Below, piece after piece: positions 52,626 through 64,000 of a stretch of DNA of 64,000 bases. The DNA is taken from NCBI GenBank assembly GCA_964016885.1, contig OZ024740.1, forward strand, positions 220,038,001-220,102,000, in the 5' to 3' direction. The notes beneath the pieces were generated by a model. It worked only from the letters and a program-made list of their open reading frames with translations. It did not search any database and was not told the origin of the DNA. The DNA is from Eledone cirrhosa. Lineage: Eukaryota. A program made the translations under genes and the position numbers. The stretch's first letter is position 1. The number at the start of each line of letters is the position of its first letter.

Positions 52626-53132
52626 CTGGGACGTCACTGTTAGTGACTCTTTTGCTCTTTCCCACATCCTGGATGCTGTGGTTAGGACTAGAGCCACAGC
52701 TTCCGCAACTGAGTGGAGTAAGACCCTCAAATACTCTGATCTGTCGGCCAGCTACATTTTTCAGCCTGTGGCTTTCAAGACGTTTGGGGGAGTCGGGCCG
52801 CTGACTGCAAGGTTCCTCTCTTCACTGGCAGCTCGCCTAATAGAGGTAACTGGCGAATCTCGCGAGGGCGCTTGGTTATTCCAGCGCATTAGCCTCATCA
52901 TCACCCGAGGCAACGCTGCAAGTGTGCTGGCTTGCCTCAAAAATCATTAGAGAGGTTACCCGGTACTCCTCACGACGTTGCTGTCTTTTGCTCTGGTGTT
53001 GGCTCGGTTGTTCACCCCTTCCTTTATATTTTCTTTAATATTGTAACATTAAAAGAATATATCTTTCTGAAAGAATTGCGAGCAATTTATAATGTTATAT
53101 AAGCATTTGTAATGTTATTTATGTATATATTT
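52626..53132 (+). mobile_element. 5'-truncated CRE-clade (REL endonuclease) LINE inserted in a SINE-B
   Basis: WDVTVSDSFA...KTLKY...FQPVAFKTFG...FL..LAARL...TGESRE..WLFQRISL...RGNAASVL*, the CRE-type REL C-terminus; AAATTCA duplicated at 52619-52625 and 53133-53139. Confidence 0.85.
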
Positions 53133-53279
53133 AAATTCAAGATCAACTATTCCTTTCATCTTTCTGGAACCAATAAAATTAAGTACCAGTTGATGTAATC
53201 AACTTTTGGGGTTGATATAATTGATTTTCACCTCCCCACAAATTGCTGGACTTATCCCCTAAGTTAGAAACCATTATTA

Positions 53280-53491
53280 TTAACTCTTAACATCCAGTAA
53301 TGATTTAGTAGAAAATATTTTAAAACCAGTTTGTTAAATCAAATGTTTATAGTACCTTTACTAGAGAACAGTTTGTTGTGAAAATTTACAGTAAACTAAA
53401 GTAGAGACTTTAAATTCTAACATACTGTTTTATACTTTTCAAGAATGTCTTGCTAATGTGATTTCATGTGGTACAGGACGTTAAGAGTTAA
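53280..53491. mobile_element. TTAA MITE with TIR TTAACTCTTAACRTCC
   Basis: Terminal inverted repeats at both ends; second copy at 62817-62979. Confidence 0.75.
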
Positions 53492-54975
53492 TGATAGTCA
53501 AACGGCAGAAATGATAGAGCACTAGATAAACTTTTTGTTGTTAGTTCAAATCTCAACACAGTCAATCAGCTTGCCTCTCACCCAACTAAGATAATAAAAC
53601 ATATACCAATATTGGGATCGATTTAATCACTCAAAACCCTCTGTCTATAGATTAACAGTTTTGAACTAACGTTAGAATCATTATTTTTTTTTAATCTAAG
53701 ATAATCAAAGTAGTATACACATATCATTGGCAGGCCCTGAGCTTCTGACGGAGTCATAGATGCACAGTTATTATATACAGAGCATTTTAAACCTGTCAAA
53801 ACCCTTACCTCTCCACGTCTGAATACAGAGCCTATTTTTTTCAGAAAGAGAGAAAGTGAGAAAGTGGCAGATGTAGAATTGACCCCAGTACTTGACTGAT
53901 ACTTTGTTTATCAACATAGAAAGGATGAAAGGCAGAAATTGAACCCAGGGTACAGAGAGCTGAGAAGAATACTACCGAGCATCCTATGCAGATCTTTAAT
54001 GACTGTCAATTCACCACTTGGTATACACATATATTTTTGTGCAAATGAGAAAGAGACTCTACGCCATTTCTTGAACTGCTAGAAATAGCAGTCAAACATA
54101 CTGCCTTAAAAGAAAGCAGGGTGCATTAGATGTCATCTTGGATAAAAGAAAAGATGGGAGTGTCATTGCTGGAACACCATTGATCATAAGTCTGCTTAAT
54201 CAAGGTTGACTTGGGGCTCAACAACAAAACAGGTGTCTACAAAACATAATATCCTACAGCAAACCTCGATTTATTTTAATTGTTAAAGTTCTATTTTTTT
54301 AAAACGAGTATAAAAACAGTGTGCACATTAAACCATTTATTTACATTGCCAGTCCACTTTTAAGGTTACTGAGCTCTTCAAGTCACTTGTTTGACCTCAT
54401 ACTTCATGAACTCAATAACCATCGTTAACAGTGAATATATGTGTCTATTGTTACAGCTTAATACTATGACACTGTTTAAACTGACACTTCAGTAAAATAA
54501 CATCAATATAAAATACTATAGAAGTAGGCAATAAAACAGACCTTGGTGTTTGTTACTAGCTATCTACTTAACTATAATTTAAGGAAGCAAATATGACAGA
54601 ATTGTAAGGGTATCAAAGAAAATACTTTATGGTATTTATTGGTGCCACAATAAAATGCATCCAGTATACTCTGCAAAGTGGCTAGCATTAAAAAGAGCAT
54701 TCAGCCAGAGAAACCAAGCCAAAATATGGAATGTATAATATGGTTTCTCAGACTCATCTAGTTTTTTACCATGATAAACTGTCCAACCCATGCCAGCATG
54801 AAAAGCAAATTTAAAATGATAATAATGATGATGATATATGTGTGTGTGTATTTATGTGTGTGTGTGTGTGTGTGTGCGTGCGCGCGCATGTAAAAGGTAA
54901 ACAGAAATAACAACACAAATGGTACAGTATATGGAAGGAATATATTAATTTAAAGCTTGAAATAGCAGGAAGGGG

Positions 54976-55011
54976 TCTTAACGTTTCGGATGCTAGTCCT
55001 TCATCAGAAGA
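54976..55011 (-). ncRNA. Minimal type I hammerhead ribozyme, Penelope-like-element type
   Basis: Minus strand UCUU-CUGAUGA-A-GGA-CUAGCA-UCC-GAAA-CG-UU-AAGA: intact core, stem I UCUU/AAGA, stem II GGA/UCC and palindromic ACGU stem III. Confidence 0.7.
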
Positions 55012-58000
55012 AAGATTGAGAAATTAGAAAGGTAGAAGGGAAAAATATCACGTCCATTCATGTTGCCATCTCTTAGAAAACTGTTGATGCTGGTGTTTTG
55101 TGTATGATATACTTTTTTAGAAAAGTGGATGATGGAGATGTATACATATTGTAAATTATTGAAAAAGCTTTAAAAAATGAATGAGTATTAAGAATCATGT
55201 TCAATATGTTCTATATGAAGATGACTAGATTAATTCCCCAATTTTTGTGTGAAATAACTTCAACATCAATTCCCAGCCAAATTATTATATCACCACCAAA
55301 CGTTGTTTTTTGTTGTTGTTTTACTTACAAGCTCTAGACTTGCAGATAACCAAATCATTTGAATTTTTTACCAAATGTCTAGCACACCACTCCCAGTGTT
55401 GCTCTTGTAACATTATACAAGACTAAAAGGGTTGGTGACAGTGTAGTATTATTGTTAAATCTACTTAGTATATGCATTAACGCATGAGTGCCCTATCTAT
55501 CATCATTAGTGTAGATCATCATCATCATCACCGTTTAACATCTATTTTTCTACACTAGCATGGGTTAGGCAAGTTGTTCCATTGTGAGACAAGTCAGATC
55601 AGGTGTCTTGCTCATACAGAACTGGTTCTGGCTTGGTTTCTATGACTGGATGTCCTTCCTAACGCCAACCACATTTACAGTGTGTACTGGGTGTTTTTTG
55701 TCATGTGTATCCACTTCACTTCTAGATCAGTTCTGCCAACTATTAAATTCTACCTGTGAACATATAAGTCCACAGTAAAATAAATCAACTATAAGAAGTG
55801 TTTCATTTACCAAATCTCTACAGGCAGGAAGGCAATCCAACCATAAAACACTACCTCAAAAAGGGGAAGCATGATTAACATAATTCAAAAAAGAGAAGTT
55901 TGTTTTGAAGCACACACGACTAACTCGCACCTTAGCATACCATATTTCTAATGAAAGACACTGTCTATGATTAGAAAATCACTATGAAAATAAATAATCA
56001 AGAGAATTTTAAGGGATTTAGTAATATAACTAACTTTCTTATTATTAAATTGGTATTTGGAACATATAAGTTCTTACATAAAATTGTGATAGAAGGCTTT
56101 TAGATAAATATAAACATCTCAATATAAACATCTCAATATAAACAGCTTAACAACATCAAACTACAGGTGGTTTCACGTGGTTTAGTATTGAAAGGTTTAA
56201 TCCTTTTGTGTCCATATTCCTAATCAAATAAACCACCCATGTGTTTCAATTAATTTTGTAAATAATCAATCATATTTAAGTACAATATCTAACTGGGTTT
56301 TTTTTTTCCAGTTTTGTTTTTTATTAAGATGGTGTTTGAAATATAACCTAACAAAAGGTTCTTATATGGAATTATGAGGGAAAGTTTTAATATAAATATG
56401 AACACATTAAAATGAGAGGTGTTGTATTTGAATCATAAATGCAGTTTCAAACAAGTATAAAAATGTTAAAACAAGTTGTTGAACTGCGCTCCAAGTAAAT
56501 ATTCATTTTTCAATAGCCAAGAACACAATAGGCAAACCTGCAATAGCTTCTCTTTCAATTGCTTAATGCCAGCTAAACTGGAATAAAGCCCAACACACAA
56601 TAATTTGTAAAAGGTCCTATTTGCAATCAAGAGCTTAATTCTCCTAATACAACATATTGATACCTACACTTCTGAGGCCCTTATATTTCACACATCAGTT
56701 GATTAAGCCTTTCAACCCACCAGTCCAGTATTAAACAATGTTTAACTATATCCTGCTATACTGGTATTTCATTCTGCCACACATGCCTGTTTACTAGTTA
56801 TTTACACTGCTTTCTGTATGCATCTGATTATTTTATATGGCAGATTTTGCTATGATTTTTGTCAAGTTCATACATTTATCTTCTCTTCAGGTTTAATTGA
56901 CAAATATAATTTCTCAATAATTTTTATGCAGACATCTAGGATTGGGGAGCACACATGGCAGGATATCAGAACAACAAATTTCTAATGAAAGACACTGCCT
57001 ATTATTTTAAATCAATTTTTAACACTACCTATAATTTCAAAGCAATTTTTTTTTTTAATAATTAAGAATTTGGAGTAATTTAATACTATAACTAATGTTC
57101 TCATTATTAAGTTGATGTTTGGAGCATAACTTAACCAATGTTCTTACATAAAATTATGATGGGAGGTTTTTAGACAAATATAAACACTTTGAAATTAACA
57201 GCTAGTTTGCATAGAACCAGAGGTAGTTTCATGTGGTTTGGTCTCAGAAGGGTTAAACTGCAATAAATTACTGAATAAATGAATGACCTATATTTCTGTT
57301 ATATAACTGTGACAGGGGATATACAGTATTACCCAGAGAACAACAAATCACCAACCAATGAGAAGATACAAACTCACAACTCTTCAGCCACAAAGCTATA
57401 AGCTTTATTCACTGGTTTTAAGTCTTTAATGATCTGATAAGAAGCTAAGAATGTTATATTGTTAAACAACTGCTCATAAATTAGTCTAACCAAGTCTAAA
57501 GTTAAGACGCAATAGCAATATCATGTACTGGGACTAATTCAGCAATAATATTTCAATCAAAAGATAAACTACAAATGAATGACAAGTCATAAAAATGAAA
57601 ATGTTTACTATATTTCATTTTGATGTATAGAGTAGTTATAGTATATATGTATGAAGCATTATAAGATATGTAAATAAATCTGTTTTATGAAGTATAAAAA
57701 AAACAACAGTTTCATAATATTTCCATACATAGTTATTGCATTTATCAAACAAACATTATTTTTAAAAGAAGAATATTTATTCTGTGGAAAACCAGTGCAT
57801 TTCAACCAATTTCATTTTACAAATTACATAGAAGTCAATAACTGTATTGACTATGAATATACTTTGAAATTTGATTGATTTCTTTGTTAAGTTATCTTTT
57901 CAGACAATTTTAGTTATATTACAATTCTAATGATAATCATCACTATAATTTTACTTCTGCTTTCCATACTGATATGGGTTAAATAGGTTTTTACAATCCA

Positions 58001-58321
58001 TGTCAGTTCTTAATCAGAATTACTGCTCTCCTAGATGAGTCACAGGACCACAATATGGCTGGATACCCTATCTAACACCAACCATTTGACAGAGTGTACT
58101 GGGTGCATTTTATTATAGCACAAGCACTAAAGAAATTGTCAAGTCCTCGACCTCTCTACTTTATATTGTTGTGACCTATCTAGGAAGTCAATAGCTTCAA
58201 TTAAGTACTAGCTTATTCTGCAATGACCTATCCAACTCACGCTAACATGGAAAAGCAGACATAAAAATAACAATGATTATTATGTATTTCATAAATCAAT
58301 ATAAAATAATATCAAACTTAC

Positions 58322-60787
58322 TTTTCTGTCACACTGGCAAGCTTGGTTAATTTTTTCTTACGTATAGACTTCCTGAGCTTTAAATTTTCTTTGGGATGTA
58401 AATTCCTTACAGATTGTGAAGGTAAATCTGTTTCTTCATCTGCCAAATAAGCAGCATTCTTTAGCAGAAGTTCATCCAAATTACTTTCATATTTAGGAGA
58501 AAGAAGAAACTCTTCAATGTTATTGAAAGGAATAGATCCAAAAGATTTAGCACGTTCCAAATTGGTATATTTTGGTTTAGTTTCTTTAACTTCATTAACT
58601 TTGTTAATTTCTTTTGCTTCATTAGTTTTTTTTACTCTAGTTTCTTTAACTTCTTTGCTGTCTTTAGTTTCTTGATAAACCTCTAAAGGTGGTCTAACTT
58701 GATTGTCACTCATTGTTCTTTCAAGAGGTTTATTTGCCTTCTTTCGTTCTCTAATCTGTCTAATTGCATTAGCTTTTATTTCAGCAGCTTTAATTGTGTC
58801 TATGACTGAAAATTTCTTGTCCTTCTCAGCTTTCTTAATCAAATATTCATATTTCCTACGTTCTAACCAATCAATATCTTTCTTATATTCATTCTCAGCT
58901 TTTTGATTTTCACTTTTAACATTCAGATCCTTCAACAATTGTTTTGTATATGAAACAGTACTTGCAGGTAACGGCTTTGATTTTACGAAAGATGTTGAGG
59001 ATCTAGGGTTCTCATTTAAGTCAGATGCCTGACTGTAAATTTGTACATCTGATTCACTGTCAATGTTTGAATTCCTATAGTTATCTGATCCATATCTGCA
59101 GTAATTCAAAATATAATCAGAAAATCCAGTCTCGGAACCTGATGTTAAATATTCATCATATTTTTTTTGAGGCATACACTGTGCTTGTTGTGTATCAATA
59201 TTTGGTGCTTCCTGCACATTTTCTTTTCTTAAGGGAGTATGTAAATCTTTAGTGTTAGCTTTATCTATGAAACTTTCATTTGATAATGATAAAGAACTTT
59301 TGTCAGCTTCTGTCTCACTTTTAGCACCAATAAGTTTTGATAGCTGATTGGAAAGATTTTTGTTAGAGGGAATATCAGATGAGATGTTGCTAATATTTGA
59401 AGTAAAGTTTGTTCCTACTTCTTCACTTTTGGGCTGAGCTAGCAGACTTCTGTCATCCTCTGACGGACTCATTGCTCTCTCAGCTGTTAAAGATGGTTGT
59501 GTATCATCAGCAATAGAAGGAGGAATATTCCTAGAATCTACACTTGGGGATGTGTCTAATTTATTAGTAAGAATTCTGCTTTTTGCATTTTGACCAATAA
59601 GATCTGCAGATAAATGTTGACTATTTCGTAACATTCTTTCTTGGCGCTTTTTGGATCTTTCAGCCACATTTTTGGATTTTAGTTGAAATTTATCAAGTTT
59701 TAAATCAGGCTCAGTTTTTTCTGTTCTTAAATTCAAGTTGACTTTTTCAGTTAGAGATGGAGTTGGACGCAGTGGTTCTTTCTCTTTTGCTATTTCTGGA
59801 TTCAGGTTTTGTTTCAAACCTAGCCTTTTATCTGCTTCGTTTTTTTCAGCAGCATTAGCATCTAGTTTGGCTCGAATCTTTGCAGCCAATTCATGTCGTC
59901 TGATTTGTTTGTAACGTGCAATACGTTCAGCTCTACTTTCATTTGTTTCCATACCACCCGGTTCAGAGTTAATTTCACTGTTTGAATCGGAACCTCTAGA
60001 GAAAGAAAAGCTTTGTGATGAAAGTTTATGGGTTAGTGGTGATTCGGTTTTGTGCGAACTTGAAGGAGAATTAGGAGTTGGTATACGGGATCTGCATGAG
60101 TTATATTTTAGGTCTGAACGGTCAAATGACTGATTTGCAGAACCTTCAGCTGCTCTAGCAGGAGTAAAAGTCTTTCTTAGAGACTTGAGATCATTGTTGT
60201 TTTCATTTACATCTAATCCTGCTGGAGAAACTGAACTTTCAGTCTTGGCCATTTCCAAGTTATGATGTCCAGATAGCCTTTCTTTTGCAAAAATTCTTGG
60301 AGTTTTTTTAATAGAGTTACTAGGTTCAGAAGACTTTGTGGGACTTTTTCTGAGAGACACACTGTCATGTAGAGAAGATTTGTTTATTCCATAATCACTA
60401 TTTTTATCAGAATCATGGCTTTTATGAACAGTTGCTCTTAAAGGGATATTACAGGAGGGACCAGAAAATCTGCCAACTTTTAAATCTTGAATAGAGTCTT
60501 CTTTAGTACTACTTTCTGCCATACCTTTATGTTTATATGAAGGCACATTTGACATCTTACCATGCGTTAGGGGTGAGTTTCGTTGGTGGTAATTTTCACC
60601 CAAATCTATTTTGTCTGAAGTCCTATCAGAAGTAGTATGACTATGAGATGATGACCAGCCGTAGCTACTTTGATTTACTTCCCTACCACTTGAAGGAATA
60701 CAGCTTGGTTTAGATTTTAAGAGGGATTCAGCTTCTGTCTCTGTGGTCTCATTTTTCCTACTGGATGACCATCTTCCAGCACTGAAA
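58322..60787 (-). CDS. SVIL: Large coding exon of a supervillin-like protein (disordered N-terminal region)
   Basis: The frame stays open from acceptor ATATCCAG| (60788-89; alternative TTTCAG| at 60782-83) to donor AA|GTAAGT (58320-21); 2466 nt. Contains ESRAERIARYKQIRRHELA, resembling the supervillin motif ESKAERIARYKAERRRQLA. No gelsolin or headpiece domains seen in the window. Confidence 0.75.
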
Positions 60788-61087
60788 CTGGATATTAAAA
60801 AGATATTAATAATAATTTCAAAAATAAATATTGCATTATATTTCTTTTACAATTAACATAAAATATTTAAACTAAAATTTGAATTTGTTAATAGTTTATA
60901 AGCGGCGAATTGGCAGAGTTGTTATAACAGTTCCTTTCTCCCACTCTCCATCCTTCTCTGGAGGAAATCTGCTGTGTTCAGACCTGGCAAAGGATGTGCT
61001 CCGCCAGGTTTGAAAATGCCCTAGAAACATTGTATATTAATATGGCACCCCTACGACTCCACGAGGAATTACAGGATTAATTTTTTT

Positions 61088-61192
61088 TTTTAATACTTAA
61101 TAAAAAAAATAATACTTAATAAAAAAAATAATACTTAATAAAAAAAAAATAATACTTAATAAAAAAAATACTTAATATAAAAAAAAAAATAC
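61088..61192. repeat. About five tandem AATACTTAATAAAAAAAA units at a SINE-B2 tail
   Basis: Read directly from the sequence. Confidence 0.85.
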
Positions 61193-61788
61193 TGTTCCAC
61201 TAGAAATCAAGTGAGCAAATTAAGCTTCACTATCAACCTGTATAAAAAACTATAATCAATTATAATGTCATTGATCTGAAAAAATATAACAGTTAAATAA
61301 AGATCAATGGTAAAAGTGCTAAACGCAAGGTTTAAGATAAAACTCTTTTTAAATTATTACAGTAAGAATCTAGAATTGAAACTTAAATTTACTTGCTAGA
61401 AGAGAAAATAGGAACTTTTTCACCTATCGCATGCTGTAAATCATGTTAGAGACAGTCAATAGCTATATAACACTTGATTCCAAAATACAGGTAAATAAAT
61501 CCAATCACTGAATATCTAGGACAACAGACCATTTGAGCAGGAGGAGGAGGAGAAGGACAATGATGAGATGACAACAATAACAATGATGCCAATGACAATG
61601 AAACTTAATAGCATGATGGCTTTGTTGCTAAGGCAATGGATTCTATGGCCATGTTGTCATTGTGTTGTCAAGACATCGATTTGTCTTTCTTTAAACTAAT
61701 TAGTTTGAAAATAGGTAGTATGTTAAAGTGCCTGACAATAAGAAGGACATTTGACTTTAAGGATTGCCTATTTCGAAAATAGACATAC

Positions 61789-62093
61789 CATCATCATCAT
61801 CATCATTTTATGTCCGCTTTTCCCTGCTTGCAAGGGTGGGATGGGAACTGATTCTGGCTTGATTTCTACAGCTGGATGCCCTTCCTAACACCAACCTCAT
61901 TTACAGTGAGTGCTGGATGCTTTTTTTCCGTGGCGCCTACACGACCACTTTGCAGTGGAATGATAGGGACCCCAGTCCCTATCAGCTCATTTCTGCAGCT
62001 GAGTAAACTGGAGCAATGTGAAATAAAGTGTCTTGCTCAAGGAAACAACACATCACCCGGTCTGAGAATAGAACTCACAACCTTTCGATTGCA
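61789..62093 (-). mobile_element. 5'-truncated family A SINE abutting (TA)n
   Basis: Reverse complement of family A from (GAT)n to CCTTTCGATTGCA. Confidence 0.9.
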
Positions 62094-62816
62094 TATATAT
62101 ATATGTATGCGAGAAAAACCACAAACCCTCCATCTCAATTCTACTTTTGAAAAGCATAAGAACTGCGAAACCAGTAAAGGAACCAAATAAATATTCTTAA
62201 AAAGACTCCAGTTGCATTTTCGATTTCATTTTTTTTCCTTATACTTTCACTCATGTAGGACATCTTGTTTTTTTTCATTTTGGAAAAAAACCTCATTTTC
62301 TAATATATATATATATATATGTAGCAATCATTACTCCCACCCTCTTAATATTGCCTCTCTTTGGACACTACAAAGACATCACTAGTGTTGGTGTCATGAT
62401 AAAATGCACCCAGTACACTCTGCCAAGTGCTAGTACTGGTGCCATGATAAAACGTACCACATACTCTGTAAAGTAGTTGTGGTGGCCTTGCCAAAAATGG
62501 TTTAAGGGACTCTTCAACACAGCAGTCTCTCTAGTGCTAGCACCCAGTACAATCTGTAAAGTAGTCAGTGATAGGAAGGGCACTGAATAGTAGCCACCAT
62601 GCCAAAACCAGAACATATGTAAGTGAAACAGGATTCCCAGCTTGTCTAAGAGAACAGTAGCTCTGATTAAGTATGGACTTGGTCTTTGGCTATCAATTCA
62701 ACCCATGCCAACATGGGAAAAAATGGACATTAAATTACGATAATGATGATTGCTGTGAATGTAAGAAAATAATTACATTTCTGCAAGAATACTTAGAGAT
62801 ATGTTATCATTATTCA

Positions 62817-62979
62817 TTAACTCTTAACGTCCTGTATTGCATGATACTGCATTAACAAGACATTCTTGAAAAGTACAAAACAGCACTGACTGCTTCGCAA
62901 TAATCTGCCCTGTAGTAAAAATATTGTAAACATTTGAATTAACCTGTTTTTAGATATTTTCCAGGATGTTAAGAGTTAA
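62817..62979. mobile_element. TTAA MITE (same family as 53280-53491, opposite orientation)
   Basis: TTAACTCTTAACGTCCTG...CAGGATGTTAAGAGTTAA. Confidence 0.75.
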
Positions 62980-63624
62980 GATGATAAGTTAGTGATAACA
63001 TACTTAATGTAATGAGTCATAAAAATCAATCAATTTTTATTACACTGTGTTAGGGAATAGGAATCATCATCATCAATTCTGGTCAAATTGAAAGCTCTAA
63101 GCTCACTATATTACTCTCTGGTTATCTTGCAGAGGGTATTCCTCAATATTATTCCTAAGTTCTTTTAAAGCCATCATACTATTCAGTGTTTATTGATAAA
63201 AAATAATCTACATAAATATATGAAGAGTTCTTTGCTAAAGATTATACTTCACTGAGATGAACTAATAATACCAAATCATATCCACATATTTCCAAGTTTT
63301 ATTTTTAATTGATTTTTATTCAAATTTTGGGTTTGTCTCCCCTGTCTTTCTTAACCAGAATTGATTATTAAGCAAATGATTATTTCTCATTACGACTGGT
63401 GTAACAATAGTTATTTAAAATTTCTTAACTCACGACATTAAATATGTTAGCACCGATATTTCTATTTGGTTTTCAAGCAGGGTGTATCCCTAGGATTTTT
63501 TCCTAGTCATTCATTCATTTAAAAAAATAATTTGCTTCTAGACCAAGATATGGTCACCTGACCCAACTTGCCTCTAAATGGGACAGTGCGTCTAACCCAT
63601 GCTAGCATGAAAAATGGACATTAA

Positions 63625-63659
<35 letters not shown>

Positions 63660-64000
63660 AATCATCTAATATTTATAAAGGTCTTAATAATGTAATACTT
63701 TCACAAGCACTGAAACAGAAGTGGTTAGTCTTACGCTATTTGTCATTAGAATTAGATATACACAAATTAAGAAAACATTTTAATTACTGCATGGAAGAGT
63801 CATTTTAGCCATCTAAAAAACACACAAGAAACACTTTTCTTCCACACAATAATTGTTTTAGTTTCAACACATCTCAGTTCAAGTCACTTGCCAAAGAAGT
63901 ACAACTTCGAAATTTTAGTTTAAAAATTTGTTAAATCAAACTTTCAATATAGATTAACAAAATGCCTGGTCAGATTATACCTGAAATTAAATAGGAACTC

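Noticed and set aside
53809-53831. Apparent minus-strand micro-exon with GAG|GTAAGG donor
   Set aside because: The sequence is the tail of a family-B2 SINE (TTCAGACCTGGAGAGG motif), so the splice signals are probably incidental.
57378-57470. Open frame ending at TT|GTGAGT near the large exon
   Set aside because: Available acceptors give phase 0 or 1 entry, incompatible with the phase-2 donor upstream; no homology recognised.

Overview
AT-rich, repeat-dense animal genomic DNA. The SINE/LINE repertoire and the (TA)n/(CAT)n microsatellites suggest an octopus or related cephalopod (inference). The window looks mostly intronic to a minus-strand supervillin-like gene: one 2.46-kb coding exon (58322-60787) carries the supervillin N-terminal motif ESRAERIARYK-RR-ELA, and weaker candidate exons lie at 164-297 and 32001-32016. 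The rest is retroelements (RTE, Tx1/L1, Dong/R4 and CRE LINE fragments; CORE- and Meta-type tRNA SINEs), TTAA and hAT MITEs, a probable Helitron end and a Penelope-type minimal hammerhead ribozyme. Most notable: (i) young RTE LINEs with a PHD-type finger inside the RT region sit head-to-tail within TA microsatellites; (ii) other LINE clades occupy other simple repeats or SINE bodies; (iii) a non-coding retroposon-like insert ends in a perfect palindrome inside a larger foldback; (iv) there are several perfect inverted repeats, including a 51-bp pair 3.5 kb apart; (v) a CpG-retaining domain at about 43-46 kb. All calls were made by eye without database searches, and repeat boundaries are approximate.
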